A DNA stretch of 35,631 nt from Octopus bimaculoides. Lineage: Eukaryota. The stretch lies in NCBI RefSeq assembly GCF_001194135.2, contig NC_068983.1, positions 153,016,694 through 153,052,324 on the forward strand. Direction: 5' to 3'. The position numbers and the translations under genes are program-made. Shown here in pieces: positions 1-14,208 of the stretch (position 1 is the first letter of the stretch; each line of letters starts with the position of its first letter). The notes under the pieces were generated by a model. The model had not been told where the DNA came from. It made no database searches and was given only the letters and a program-made list of their open reading frames with translations.

Positions 1-529
1 TATATATATATATATATATATTCAATGAGTGAGCAGAGTGCCTTTGGTGATTGTAGTAAACCTTATTTGAGGGAAGTTGATTTTGAGCAATATATAATAG
101 CTGCTGGGTCTCTTCGATGATTGTGTGCGTATCTTTGTTGAAATTTTTCTATATGCTGATTCATTAATTCATTTGGGATTATATACTGGTATTGTTTTGT
201 GTGTACGATTTCCTATTTTAAATTTGGGTACAAATTTAAATGCATCTATCGAAATGATTTGCTGTAAAATCGAACCTATTGAAACACTGTCACTTTGTGT
301 ATATAAGCATCTAATATTCCGTTGAGGGTAAGTTGCTGAGTGGATTGGTCTGTATTTTTATCGTCATATTTAAGAATATGTTCGATATCAAGTTCCAAAT
401 ATTTGCTGGATGAAAATAGTAGAATCTTTATATTTCCATAAAATTATTATTATTTTTGTAAAGACTGTTCTGTTAGACGGAAAAATCCTAAAGGTATGCA
501 AACGTCTAAAATCCTAGACTACAAAACCA

Positions 530-678
530 TTAAGGAGTCCAGTTATGTAAAACATTTGGTATATCTCTCAATAAATAATAACGAAGAACGCATGTATCAC
601 AGCTAACACATAGCCCTAGGTTAGAATACATTACAGTAGTCGATAGAAAGCCACATGCTAGAAAACCAAGAAGCGTAA
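530..678 (-). CDS. Candidate terminal coding exon I
   Basis: Long polypyrimidine acceptor tttctttctctgtttttattcaatcag. The phase-1 frame reads TLLGFLACGFLSTTVMYSNLGLCVSCDTCVLRYYLLRDIPNVLHNWTP-stop. I found no clear downstream AATAAA. Confidence 0.3.
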
Positions 679-1220
679 CTGATTGAATAAAAACAGAGAA
701 AGAAATATTAGTTGAAAGCACTACAACCTTTTCTAAAATGCAGCAAACTTTGAGGGAAATAATTATGGGCCGTTTATTTATCAACATTAGTACAGAGATA
801 TGAAATTTAGCAAAACGATTCCATTGCGAATTTCTAAAATGGCGTTGATTATTTCATGAAATATGATACTATTTCTGTCATCTGCAAACCAGCTACAAAG
901 CGTGCAGACAGCGTACTACCACGTCTCTTCAACTGATGACATGGCCAGAAAATGTTTTGAAAAATGTATTCGCTTATGAAATAACGAAATCTATAGAACG
1001 AAGCTAAAGAGAAGAAATAAATACGGAAATAAAAATGATCTATACTCTACTAACCAGTTCAAACAGGATTGAATTCAAAAAGTAGAAACATGTTTCTTGG
1101 TTAGAAACCGGGTCCCTTACATTTCAGAAGTTCGAAAAATACAACCAAGTATAAGTACAAAATAACATATTCACACATTCATATAAAAACAAAACCTCGT
1201 ATTGAATCATATTCATTTCT

Positions 1221-1358
1221 ACTCTAGGCACAAGACCCGAAACCTTTTGGGAGGGGGCAGTCCATTAGATCGATCCCAGTGCGCAAATGGTACTTGATTT
1301 TCTGACTCCGAAAAGATGAAAGGCAAAGTCAACCTGGGCTGAATTTCAACTCAGAACA
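1221..1358 (-). mobile_element. SINE family B copy (tRNA-derived)
   Basis: Shares the aaagatgaaaggcaaagtcaacc...gaatttcaactcagaac block with the other B copies; the B box reads on the minus strand. Confidence 0.75.
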
Positions 1359-2210
1359 TCGAATTGAATGATATTGTCAGAGGGGAAATGTTCATCTGTA
1401 CTATAATGAACACTAAAACCTATAGTTTTTGTCACTAATAGATGCATGTTTTATTTTTAAATAGATCAATGGGAAGAATTATCTTTTAACTGAATAAAGA
1501 TGTAACAAATAACAAAATTTAACTGAAAGTGAATACGCCGAATTTACATTGAAACGGACTTCGTGTAACTATCAAGTAAAATTCAACTGGGCATTCGAAT
1601 CGTATCATGAGGTGTACCATTTCTTCAAAGAAACTGTAGAAGATTTTGAGCGGTAACATTTAAAGGAGAAAGTGAAAATAAGAATCTGTATAATACCAAA
1701 CTTTTCACTATTCACTACCAAACATTTACGCCAACAGGCCAAGTTGTTAGGGTAACAGCAAACTACTCTTTCCATCGACAATGAAACTGATGTATTAAAT
1801 AAAAGACGTAGAGAGACACTAACAACAATTATACCGAGAAAAGCCTGCCGCAGTTACACAGGCAAAGGGTCGCTGATTATGAACTCATATGCGGGAAGAA
1901 AAGAAAGAATCCAAAACAAAGTTAACAGCAATATCCAAACGAAACTTCAATATTTATATCAACTAACAACATGAAGTCACAATTATGGGAGAAGTCGTTC
2001 GGTAAAGTACGTAGTTGTTTTATCCCTGCTCAATGAAGTTGTTAAATAATAGCTACTACAGATTGATGCTTCCACTTTTTGAAGATTGAATGCTGTAAAA
2101 AAAATGTGTTGAAGTTAAATTTTCGCCAGTTCACAGAAGTATCAATGATCATTCGTAACGAGAAAAAAACAGTGTCACCTCTATAAGAAAATAAAATTTA
2201 AAATACTGAC

Positions 2211-2343
2211 TTTCCATATGATAAATGTTAGCTTCTAAAATCTTATATTGCGGATGGATTGTCCTGATAATCATACGAAAATCACACGTGGCCCACAATA
2301 TATTCACATCTTCAAAATAATAAAGGATACTGGTGAAAAATTC
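2211..2343 (-). CDS. Candidate exon H (133 nt)
   Basis: gcttttacag|GAA...GAA A|gtcagt. The only open frame is EFFTSILYYFEDVNILWATCDFRMIIRTIHPQYKILEANIYHME (ORF 2149..2373); phase 0 to 1. Confidence 0.45.
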
Positions 2344-3673
2344 CTGTAAAAGCTGCAACCTGTTGCAACACAAAATGCCATATAGTGTTCGATGTTAATG
2401 GAAGCGGAAAGCCTGTTAAAGGAAGCGAAAAGCCCAGCAGATATGTACGTTTTGCTCAAGATTGAAGGAAATATCATACTTAATGCAGAAATAAAAACAT
2501 ACTATTCTTTTGACCAGGAAACATATTTTTATTTGAAGATATCATTGGTGTGTAGTGGACAATCCTTAAATTTGCTATTAAGATCACTGCTTCAGTATGT
2601 ACACATAATCCCATTTACTTCTGGAATACACGCGGAAACTCTCCCACAGCTATAGATAGTAATGCAAATCACGTGACTGAGTATTAATGTGACATATGCA
2701 CACATAATATAAGTGCAAATTTACCCGCAGTGTACATATATGCAAACACTTATCCCTATATACATAAACCGTAAGACCTGCGAAGAGTTAATGATTACAA
2801 TCTTGTCACTTCATTACTGAGCAACTTGTTTTCTACAGGCGAAAACCCTTAAATAAATACCAAAGAAACCTACATATGTTCATATCTGCATAGACATGCA
2901 TACTGAAGTAGTTTGCTCGTGTCAATAAACGCTTCCCACAAATGTAGCATTCTAGAAACGGAGAAATGCATTGGATGTCTTTATCATTCTAAATGTTATT
3001 ATATGGTGCGAGAATAAAGCGAAGATTGCACGATTCGCGAATCGAAACCACCTGTACCAGTTAAACAATTATTGATTCGTTTGTATATAACCGTGGATCA
3101 GATCATTTTAGCAAAAGTGAAACATAATAAAGTGGAATGAAATATATAATTAAACGTGTATAAATATATGAGATTTGCCTGAATGATTTTATGATATTAA
3201 GGCTTCGACAAATAAATGTACGAATGAATGAATGATTAAATTGTGAAAGTAATCGATATCTATATAGGCGGTTCAACGAAAATTCATACCAAAAAGAGAA
3301 GAGGTAAAAGTAATACCTACAGGATATTTGGATAAATATCAACTTTGGCATATAGCGAATGTTAAATACATTCTGTTGAAGTGATTGAATGTAATGTCTT
3401 GGAATTTAGATTAATATAGTTTTCAGCTCCAAAACTAGTCAGCTTGGCACATTTATTTCCACCTTCAACAGTTGGAATGCAGCACATCACACTGTGTATA
3501 AATATATATTCACATTCACATACGCAAACGAATATACAAAAATCTACATATTTTAAAATATAGTTAGCATTCTGCCTCAAGGAAAAAAAAAAGCATACAC
3601 AAAAACAGAAACCCAATATTACGAAAGCATAAAGTCGGGAGTTCAGTCAAATCCACTCATATAAATTCACTTG

Positions 3674-3679
3674 CATACA

Positions 3680-3715
<36 letters not shown>

Positions 3716-3717
3716 TA
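3674..3717. repeat. (CATA)n/(TA)n microsatellite running into a gap
   Basis: Directly visible. Confidence 0.95.
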
Positions 3718-4240
3718 NNNNNNNNNNNNNNNNNNNNNNNNNNNNNNNNNNNNNNNNNNNNNNNNNNNNNNNNNNNNNNNNNNNNNNNNNNNNNNNNNNN
3801 NNNNNNNNNNNNNNNNNNNNNNNNNNNNNNNNNNNNNNNNNNNNNNNNNNNNNNNNNNNNNNNNNNNNNNNNNNNNNNNNNNNNNNNNNNNNNNNNNNNN
3901 NNNNNNNNNNNNNNNNNNNNNNNNNNNNNNNNNNNNNNNNNNNNNNNNNNNNNNNNNNNNNNNNNNNNNNNNNNNNNNNNNNNNNNNNNNNNNNNNNNNN
4001 NNNNNNNNNNNNNNNNNNNNNNNNNNNNNNNNNNNNNNNNNNNNNNNNNNNNNNNNNNNNNNNNNNNNNNNNNNNNNNNNNNNNNNNNNNNNNNNNNNNN
4101 NNNNNNNNNNNNNNNNNNNNNNNNNNNNNNNNNNNNNNNNNNNNNNNNNNNNNNNNNNNNNNNNNNNNNNNNNNNNNNNNNNNNNNNNNNNNNNNNNNNN
4201 NNNNNNNNNNNNNNNNNNNNNNNNNNNNNNNNNNNNNNNN
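3718..4240. other. Assembly gap
   Basis: N run. The other gaps are 7458-7657, 20865-20932, 21637-22199, 27766-28516, 29521-30355 and 31432-32012; each abuts a TA or TAA repeat on at least one side. Confidence 1.
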
Positions 4241-4380
4241 ATATTTGGATGCACGTATGTATGTATGTGAGTGTGTGCATGTATGTATGTATGTACGTAT
4301 GCATATATATATATATATATATATATTCTTATATACATGTAGAAATATATATATATAGAGTGTGGGTGAGAGAGAGAGAG

Positions 4381-4385
<5 letters not shown>

Positions 4386-4430
<45 letters not shown>

Positions 4431-4431
4431 C

Positions 4432-4488
<57 letters not shown>

Positions 4489-4507
4489 GGATGGATAGTT
4501 AGATAGA
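4386..4507. repeat. (GATA)n tetranucleotide array, preceded by (GA)n
   Basis: Directly visible. Confidence 0.95.
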
Positions 4508-5517
4508 TTGGAAATAAATATAATTATGCATTTGCACGTTCAGAAATTTGTATATTCATGCATGCATAGGGAGAAATCTTCCCATACATGTATTGAAGTA
4601 TACGTCCGCACAAATAGCCATACTCATTAAATCACGCATAGTATCTTCATATAGATATACACATATACACCTATTGTGATATGAGGAGAATTTTATACAT
4701 TATCTCGAATAGAACTAATGTCACCTCTGGCCAGAAGATGGTGATAATAGCAATCTGTAGACTGGTCATTACAACTTCACAAATGAATAGCTACTTATTG
4801 CTGTGAGTTCAATTAAATTGTAGTTAATTATATGATTATAACCTTTGGCTAATTAGCAGAAGAGAGAAATTCTGACCAGTTGATTTAAATATTAGCGTTA
4901 TGGTGCAGTTATGTCTTTCTGCATAGTAAAACTTTTAATAGAATAAACGTTAGTTGCAGCAGCCTTATTATTGGCGAAAGCGAAAACAGTCAGTCAGGCG
5001 ACTATGCGGCTTCCTTGCTATAGATTATCCCCTTTAAAGTATAACGTTCAAAGCTCAAATCCTTGTGTGCTTTTTACTATTTTGTCTTCAATAAATAATT
5101 TGCAAATAACTCACTGGAACTGTTCCAACGGCTACACCTCTGCATTGATGTGTTCACTCATGTCAATAGTAAACACGTTATAATTATAGTTGTTCACTAA
5201 CGTTAGCTCATTCATACTGCTTATTCTTATCCCAATTTCTAATCACAACAAATGACATAATAATCACTAACACAGGCAAATATTATGCCGTTGAGTCAAA
5301 GAAACTGACTATTATTTCGACAACAATGTATTGACCCTACTTCTTTTGTAGCTATTACGGATCATGAAATCGAAAAGCATCTTCGGCAGATTTTGCATGC
5401 AGAAAACGAAAATATTTATCCTAATGCTACAAAGAATTTCTTCTGACATGTCATTCGCTATTAAAATTAATAAGTTCTTCTCATGTACCAAAGTCCAAAT
5501 TTGAGACGATGGATGCT

Positions 5518-5615
5518 AGTGACTATATCGGTACCGATAAATTATTAGTACTTTATCGATTGGTAGGCAAATAAATCTTCGGCGGGATTTGAAAACAAAC
5601 GTAAGTGGCTGAAAA
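5518..5615 (-). mobile_element. SINE family B, degenerate fragment
   Basis: gactatatcg...tactttatcga...ggcaaa...tcggcgggatttgaa...aacgtaa aligns with family B, with deletions. Confidence 0.5.
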
Positions 5616-6214
5616 TACATGACGCAATGCTTTCTCTCAGTTGATTTGATGATGTTGCTGGTCAATTCCATGTATCTGGTGCTTGACAATATTACGAGTC
5701 AGTTGTCCGCATATGCTTGCTGACTTTTTCCTCATTCTAGATCACACGGGATGTCCCTCAAAAACTTCTAACTCCTAATGTAGTAGCTCACGCACAAGGA
5801 CCGATCTAATGATACTGAACACTATTTCTCAAGTGGCGTCTCTACTATACAAGTCCCTCGATCGTCTTTCATTCTCCCATACCTTACAGCACGCGTCCTA
5901 AATCTGATAATGCAATCTTCTTGAGTTACGTTGATGTACTGGATGAATGTTAATCTTACCACTAGCTGCCTGGCGCAATTGCTTCCTTAAGTGTCACCTC
6001 TGAATCACTAACTAGCTCTCGTTTTAGAATTCTCAATCACTATTATTAAACCTTATGTGTTCTAATATAAATGTTTTTTTTTTAATGCATAACTACCACC
6101 GATGGTAAACGATTGTCTCCGCGAAACCCGTCTTAACTTATTCATCGGGACAGATGGGTTCAGTGTCCGTTAACGAATCCCATCCTTTGAAGCCTACCTT
6201 GCGCCACAGGGAAA

Positions 6215-6830
6215 ATCTAGCTGACCAATTTGAATTGCGGACACGATATTCCACCACTGCTTGCAGACCTACAGAATACCGTTTCTGAATACGGGTTGGA
6301 TGAATTAATGCTGTTTGTTCATGACTAAACTGGCGCATTTGCGAATTCTATTCGTGAACTATCAAATAGCCGGAGATGTTGGAGCAGATGTGCGATGTTT
6401 GGGAACCTGGCTACTCTATCTACACTATCAGCTTAGCCCACACAATCCAAATAAACATTGTAGATGCCGTACCAATCACCCATTAAAAGTAAAGAGCCAG
6501 CCGTTTCAAGAAAACTGCAAGACGTTTGAGGAAGACTGGCCGCCTCTAATCTGTCGGGCTGTACATAGTTACTACCCTGAGGACTTTGTTGCTGTTTAGG
6601 TTCAGAACAACTAAGTTACCATCCGTATCCGAGAAACTCGACCGTATCTTAATACCCAGGCTTACCGAATCAATGCTGCCTTTCCACCAACCATTTTATG
6701 TTTGCACTGGTATACGCAATCGTACTACGTCAGCGAAACGTGGTTCAAGGCACGTTTATAGGAAATGCTGGTCATGCTCATTGTTCTTACATCTATAGCG
6801 AGTGACCGGTTGTACTTGAGCAACCGTCTC
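6215..6830 (-). mobile_element. Decayed L1/Tx1-like LINE ORF2 apurinic endonuclease fragment
   Basis: Manual translation across stops and frameshifts: LGIKIRSSFSDTDGNLVVLNLNSNKVLRVVTMYSP...FLKRLAVFL/ETAGSLLLMGDWYGI..YLDCVG...NAPV*S*TNS...ISCPQFKLVS. This matches the APE pattern (G-x-L-V-V-L, hhhxxYAP, hhhGDWN, W-T-W). Possibly extends to about 5650. Confidence 0.7.
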
Positions 6831-7118
6831 TGTTTTCTACGGTGTTAAAGCTATCACGTTGGCAGGAAGACAGCAAAAATATAATGAGTGTTATCTACCT
6901 TAATTATGTCTTTGTAAGCAGTCGGTTGTATCAGAATCACTTCTCTGTGCAAGTGTCCTGTTCGAAGTCATGGGACTGTGGTAATCTCTCTCTCATTTCC
7001 CTTTAACTATTGGTTGCTTTAACAATTCCAGGTTTTCAGGGACTTGGATATTGTTATTGAAATACTCTCCTACAGTCTCTATGTTATTTCGTTTATCTCT
7101 AACTTGTACAATCTCTGC

Positions 7119-7763
<645 letters not shown>

Positions 7764-8199
7764 GTGTTGAGTAGGACATAATCACATGACCTGACAGTTT
7801 CGGGTATGCAAAGTCAATTATTTCGATGCTGAAGAGATTCTAAATCTATACAGAAAAGTATTTTTTTAAAATTAATGTGGAGAATTATTTTCTTTTGTGC
7901 AACTATTTATATTAAGACAAAGAACACAAAGGACAAATGAAATATATTTGAACGTTGCTATAATGATACGATCTCATACAGTTGACCAATGCATCAATGC
8001 TAAGCACACATTGCATAAACATTTGAATGATAAGAACAGTAAACATTTTAATCAGCCTCTCACACATCAAAATATGCGTTGGTGGAACACATGCTTTGAT
8101 GGAATTAGAAATTAAAGCTATAAACTGTGTGCCGTTTTTCATTAACTAATAACATTAGCGCAGAAGATTTTACTGTATTGCGGTAATATTATTATTACA

Positions 8200-8330
8200 T
8201 AGGAGTTATCACCCTTGTTCAATTCATTTCAAACTTTCGGGATCGATGATATATGTACAATTGAGCACCGGAATCAATGTAATCGACTAACCCCTTCCTC
8301 TGAACCTGTGCCAAAATTCGAAGCCGATAT
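8200..8330 (+). mobile_element. SINE family B, 3' fragment
   Basis: tttcgggatcgat...tgagcaccgg...atgtaatcgactaacccc...tgtgccaaaattcgaa. Confidence 0.65.
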
Positions 8331-9008
8331 TATTACATAAATTACGTAAGAACGAAATAATTACTGCATTACTACTGTAGTTTTAACTTTTCAAATTCAG
8401 TGATGGTTTATATTTCCCATTGCTGGTCCTGGAAACGACGACGTACCATTGATACTGAACAAGAAATTTTACATACATGTATCAACAGCTTGCTAATATA
8501 TTTAGAATCGGTGGAATTTGCAGCCGTAAGAAGTTAGAATATATTAGAATGTTACACGGCCCAAGGCCAGCATTGATTAAGGGAAGACAACAGCTATTTG
8601 CAAAGGAAAGCACCAAAGCAGAATTTTAATGCCCAATACTATTATCCAGGTTAACTATTTCTGATGCGCTTTCTTATCACAAAATTAGAGTGCGTGATCT
8701 TTAAAATACCTAATGTTACGGAAGATATAAATTTCCAAGATAGAAAACGGAAAACTCGATATGCAATTTAAAATATGGAAAATATATTCTACTTAACAAA
8801 TTAAGCAAAATAACTGACATGGCAAAATAAGATCCTGTAGAAATATTCAAAACGCACGTACCGAATGCTGAGTGAGTACAACCTCAGAAATTGAAAATTG
8901 CGATTGCACACACTCCAGTGTTTGAGAATGCAAATTAGCATTGAATTACTGTTGTAAACTGTACTCATTTAAGAAACAAGTACTCGCGAACTACGGCTAC
9001 GTACATAC

Positions 9009-9132
9009 CTTGCAGATGTTCGGTAACATTCTTTTAGTGTGTATATTAATATTTATGCAGTAATGAATGAGTTGTTGATAAAATACCCTCTGAGTAAAGA
9101 TTAGAACCATTTTAACAGCGTCTCCTTGAAAT
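9009..9132 (-). CDS. Candidate internal exon G (124 nt)
   Basis: Pyrimidine-rich run ending ttgcgtag, donor AAG|gtatgt. Encodes FQGDAVKMVLIFTQRVFYQQLIHYCININIHTKRMLPNICK; phase 2 to 0. Confidence 0.45.
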
Positions 9133-10074
9133 CTACGCAAAGTTTGTAAAGCAGCAACATTGGATATAGAAACAAAACAGAAGAGCGAGGTTTCAACAAC
9201 TTTCAATCAGAAACCTCTATAAAACTTAAATTTTCCCTTGATAGTATTTGAAAACTGGATGAAGTTCATTTCGTCTTCATTAAGAAACATACAATGCTTG
9301 CTAAAGCACAAACATTTGTAGTGACACAAGACATCTATTAAATATACCATCCTTACAGTATAAGATTGACGCCATGAAAAATATATAAAGATAAGTTGGC
9401 GGGGTATTAGAGACACCAATGTGGAATGTCGGAAGAGTATATTTAATAACGTCCATTGCATTTCAATGCGGTAGAATGGTGGTTATGTGCACTTATTCGG
9501 TGCGATCGATAAACCGATGGCAAAGGAATTATATTTTCGGCACGAACATTCTGATAACGAATTGGAATAGACTTCGATCAGTTTCAATCTAAACACAAGG
9601 TAGATGCGACATTAGGCATACTACTAGCATACAAGTTAAACATAGTCACAAGACATTGTGGCATGCAGCTATATGGCCAATGATTTTGAGAAATTAATGC
9701 CGCTTATGTATTTCAGAAAGGAAATAAATTTCTCGTCTGGGTGTAGGAGTCTGGCCTGAGAGTAATAATACAGAAAGATCAACAGCGACTGAAAGAAATA
9801 TATACAACTCAGTAATACAGAAGATAATAGTTGACTGGGTGGTGCATTTCCTGAAACACACGCCGAAATGAAAACCATTGTCATATAATTTACAATATCT
9901 GTTATGCATATACCCACCACCAACATTTCAGCTGATGTATTTATGTGAATCACAACCATACGTATAATATGATAATGCGAAAATAATAAGGGACATTTTA
10001 TCAACAGGTTGTGCATAAAAAATCAGTTATGTCTCTCTATGCCATAAATGGCAACAACCTATTAATTAATATCG

Positions 10075-10175
10075 TTGCAATATCGAGATCAAATTTGCCT
10101 GTCATATCTCTCCGTGGTTGATAATTAAAGAACCAGTTAAGTACTAATATGGATGCTATCGACTATGATTAAATT
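10075..10175 (+). mobile_element. SINE family B, degenerate fragment
   Basis: tttgcctgtcat...gataa...accagttaagtact...gatgctatcgacta. Confidence 0.5.
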
Positions 10176-10698
10176 AGAAGCAATTACTATCGGTACCAAG
10201 GGAGATAAATACTTCAGAAATACCAGTATTTCAAAGGAGATAAATATTTGCTCACAAAGTGTCTAATTGTACAGAAGCAAGTTGGAACGTTACGGAACAA
10301 CTGTGAACAGCCTGATGAATTCGAAACATTATGGCACTTATGGATTTTGTTAATCAACCCATTTGTAATTAATTGTGTTGCCTGGAGTGATGTTCAACCG
10401 TTTTTGTAAGGACATTTATAAGCCATGCATCTCAATAGACATAACCAGGTTTCACTCAATACAAATACTAGTTACATCACTCGCACACATCATTTGTTAA
10501 ACGTTAAACTTTTTCCGGAACTCAAGTGTTTGCGTTAACAATAAACGTAATTGCTAGCCTTGAACATTTATCTAGCAATGAATATTCTTCCTAAATATTT
10601 TTGCATATTTTCCATAGAACATTTTCTGGAAATGTAAATGTTTGTTGTAGATGCAAATACTTTGTACGTGTTTTCCAAGATGAACGCAATTCATGTTT

Positions 10699-10901
10699 TC
10701 AGAAAAGAAATGCATCATATACATCTTCAACAAGGAACAGTAAAGGTAATAATAGCAATAACAAGAACAGAATTAATATAAACTGAGAATATATATTTAA
10801 AACCCAGTGTTGTGAAATTAATCGGCAAGAGCAGTTTCCAAGTATATATTTCATCGACCTAAGGTAAGGGAATATCTGTTGTAAATTTGTATCTGATATT
10901 G
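10699..10901 (-). CDS. Possible alternative terminal exon F encoding a hydrophobic C-terminal tail
   Basis: Acceptor gcgtccattacag|CA, phase 1. Reads ISDTNLQQIFPYLRSMKYILGNCSCRLISQHWVLNIYSQFILILFLLLLLLPLLFLVEDVYDAFLF-stop. The hydrophobicity may only reflect T-rich sequence. Confidence 0.2.
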
Positions 10902-10990
10902 CTGTAATGGACGCAATCACAAAGAATATGAAAAGGAGATCACAGAACATGCGGAAACAGAAATCCCTGTTTATTCTTATCGGTATCATA

Positions 10991-11175
10991 AAGAGGGTGA
11001 TTTGGCCGATTCGTTAACATGCTGGACAAAATGCTTAGCTCTGTGTGGTCGATTTTTACGTTCTGCGGTCAATTTTCACCGAATTTGATTTTCCATTTCA
11101 TTACTTCCGAGTCCATAAAATAAGTACCAGTTTGCGCACTATGGTTGATGTGCATGTAGAAGAAAGAATTATTTT
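10991..11175 (+). mobile_element. SINE family B copy (first of a tandem pair)
   Basis: Head ttggccgattcgttaac...aaatgcttagc...ttacgttctg, body ataaaataagtaccagt, tail agaaagaattatt. Confidence 0.7.
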
Positions 11176-11184
11176 CTGCACCAT

Positions 11185-11375
11185 AAGGGCATTTAATCGG
11201 AAGGGTCGTTAGATTGTCGAACAAAAGGCTTGCTGAATTAACGTTTTCAGTTCAAATCACACCGATATCAACTTTGTCTTTCACCCTTCCGTGATAGATA
11301 AAATAAAGTACTTACCAAATACTAGAGTAACTGCATCGACCAAAACCCTCCCTCAAAATTGCTGATTTTATTATA
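11185..11375 (+). mobile_element. SINE family B copy (second of a tandem pair)
   Basis: gtcgttag...cagttcaaatc (B box)...actttgtctttcacccttcc...gataaaataaagtac...catcgacc...ccctccctcaaaattgctg. Confidence 0.7.
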
Positions 11376-12193
11376 AATCAAAAACATTTATATTTCAGTA
11401 CCAGGGGTAGGCAAAAACTGCAGTAATATCAAAGTTTTCAAGATCTGACAAGAGGTAAATATGTGGTCACCAGTTAATTAAATATTAAATAAGAACGAAT
11501 AAGATATCTGGACAGGGTAATATGTTATAGATTATACAAACCGCTAACTAGAAAGAAACCAAATTTAAAGAATAATGCTTCCAAAATCTTCGATATATGG
11601 TAGAGTTCCATTGATATAAATAGCTGAAGTCTAGATTATCGACTAGAATGCTCAAAATATGCACATTGGTGGTTCGTACCTAGAAGAAGTAAACTGGAAC
11701 AAAATTACCTAAATGATGTTCACAGGGTTATCATTACAATGGTGACGATAGTGGCATGATCAATACTACACAATATATCAGTCGTTCGTCAGAAATCTTC
11801 AAGTCAAGGATCTTGGTGGAGTATTGCTGTGAGCCTACGTCATTGTATGTTGAGTAACACTCAGCTGAAGGTTTGAACATAGCCGGGATATCAGCAACTA
11901 CAATTACTTATTGTTGTTGTTGCTATTACTGTCCAAATGTGTCTTCAGCTTTCACAACTCCCACTTTTGAAATGGCGGTTGTCTTTGCTTCTCTTGCTAG
12001 TACTTTACCGTTCCAATGGCTTCGGTGGAGACGTTTTGCTGTCATTCGTCTTGAAACATTTTTTTTTTTGGATAGTACGCTTCAGAACACACAATCATTA
12101 CACATGTTGTAAAGGACGGACTTGTTCCTTCTTTCCACAAAACTTATATATAGTTTTATCTTCTACAAAGTATAATAAGCATAGTTAGACAAA

Positions 12194-12289
12194 CATACAT
12201 ACATACATACATACATACATACATACAGACAGACAGACAGACAGACAGACAGGCAGACAGACAGACAGAGACGGATAAATAGATAGATA
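12194..12289. repeat. Compound (CATA)n-(CAGA)n-(GATA)n microsatellite
   Basis: Directly visible. Confidence 0.95.
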
Positions 12290-14208
12290 AAATATAAACA
12301 TACATAGTTAAGTTATGTTCTCAAAGTCAGCTCATCCTTAGTTACACTAGAATAGTTGAACAATTTACAGAAACAATAAAAAAAGTAACTTTATCCAACA
12401 GAGGTAATTAATTTCCCGAAAATTCGTAGACACATCTGGCTTGTACAATAGTTAATAATGACGATATTTATTGCACGTGGCTATAAATATAGTTGATTAA
12501 ATTGATTCCAGTAATTGTGTAGAATTTACATTATCGACCTCGAAATGTTTAAAAGCAAAATCGATATCGCTAAGTTTGAATTCCCTGTATAATATTTAGA
12601 TGTCAGTAACCTTTAATGATTGCTCTCCTGGGAAAATTCTTCTTTGACACACTAAGTATGTTTCGCTAAGAAATAGGTACCGGTTTATGGAAACCCATTC
12701 AGTTTATGGTGATTTTTTTGTTTCCATTTATTTAAACATTATAAGAGGTTATTTCCTTCGAATACGAATTTGAGAATTCTACTAATTAAGTTTTACTATT
12801 ATTCGAATATTTATCATATATTGGCGCACTTTCCATCATTCTGAAGTTCTATATATTTTGCCTATTCCTATAAATAAAGAAACATATGATATTTTAGTAA
12901 AGCAAAGAAATATCAAGTGTCAGCAAAGAGACGTAACACATGCATGCATACCAAATAAAGATTCTTCATTCGGTATTGCGCTATTTATTAAAAGGACATT
13001 CACTTCCATGCTGGCACTTCAATGATGTGATCAGCTACTTTTGGAAACGTGCAAACCAGAATTCGTTTTAGTTAAATGTAATTGAATTAATTAACGATGC
13101 TCTGTATTGTTTGAAATGTGAGGTATTTAAATAGAACTCTCTGTTTCATTAAAGGCTTCATTAACGGTGTTCTTTATCAAATACTAAACACTATTGTTTA
13201 AAATAAATCTAGATGAATTAAATTGTGCACAGAAGCTAAGAAAAATCCACTAGTCCTTCTAGCAGTTAAAGTATTTCAACAAACTGCTTTCAAATGATAT
13301 TCTATATAGAAACATAATACATTTTTCTTATTTCAAGGTTATTTTCGTGGCAAATAATTCTGCTTAAACGATGGTAAATGCTGCTTTTCTAGTAGATGTT
13401 TAGTTAAGTAATAAATTAGGACCTCATTCAAAAGTTATCTCATTCTATAGTTAGAGAATATATACATTGCTAGTTTAGAGAGTAATGGTTTTCATGGGCA
13501 TACAATTTTTTGTTCTATTTGAGCCTTTTCGCTTTTCATTTTAGGCAATTTCAATTGCGATTTGATAAATGATTTTTTGCTTTTCACTCAAATATTCTCA
13601 GTAAAGAGGGAAGGTTAAACAATGTTAAATTGGAATCCACTGCATAACTTCGAGTTCCCCATAAAGCTAATATATTTATGAAATGAATGAGCCTTATATA
13701 TAACCTCATTTCTTCTTCAGTAACATATATAGTGATGAGATTGGCAAGAAAGCAGTAAAATCATTTTTATTTCATAATAGCATTTCATAATAGCATTCAT
13801 GTTATGCTCAGTTGATATAAATTATAATTCATTTTCCTATTTCTTATGAATTCTAGATTGTGATATGAGTAGAAAACCTTTTTGATTGGAGTCTTGTAAC
13901 TGGTCAGTAACTATACGAAACGTTTTAAAATGCACTTATGCTAATCTGATTTTACGAATATTAAATTTAGTCTTTATAAATGAAATATTATTAATATTAA
14001 CCCAAACATAATTATGTAGTGCGCAGCAATAATGTAGAGAATATGTTTTTATTTTCCTGCGATTTTGTTAAGCAAACTTTAGCCGAATATTCAAGGTATC
14101 TTCACACAGATATAAAATTTATGTCTAATTTGAACAAATTATGATATATTTGAGCGAATTTAGTGGGGCTTAGGCACTTACAGATTTATTTGCTTCAAAT
14201 TGACTTAC

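Noticed and set aside
9669-10016. Hydrophobic ORF, plus MHHPVNYYLL in another frame resembling a GPCR TM2 or XK-family segment
   Set aside because: The motifs lie in different frames with stops and do not fit the exon chain convincingly; left unresolved.
10311-10345. Hammerhead-like CTGATGA...GAAA core
   Set aside because: Stem II is too short, and I found no convincing stems I and III.
11937-12188. Signal-peptide-like start (LKWRLSLLLLLVLY)
   Set aside because: No good donor, and the continuation is low-complexity.
13770-13795. 13-bp tandem duplication tttcataatagca, plus similar short direct repeats at 2400-2434
   Set aside because: Ordinary slippage-scale events with no supporting context.
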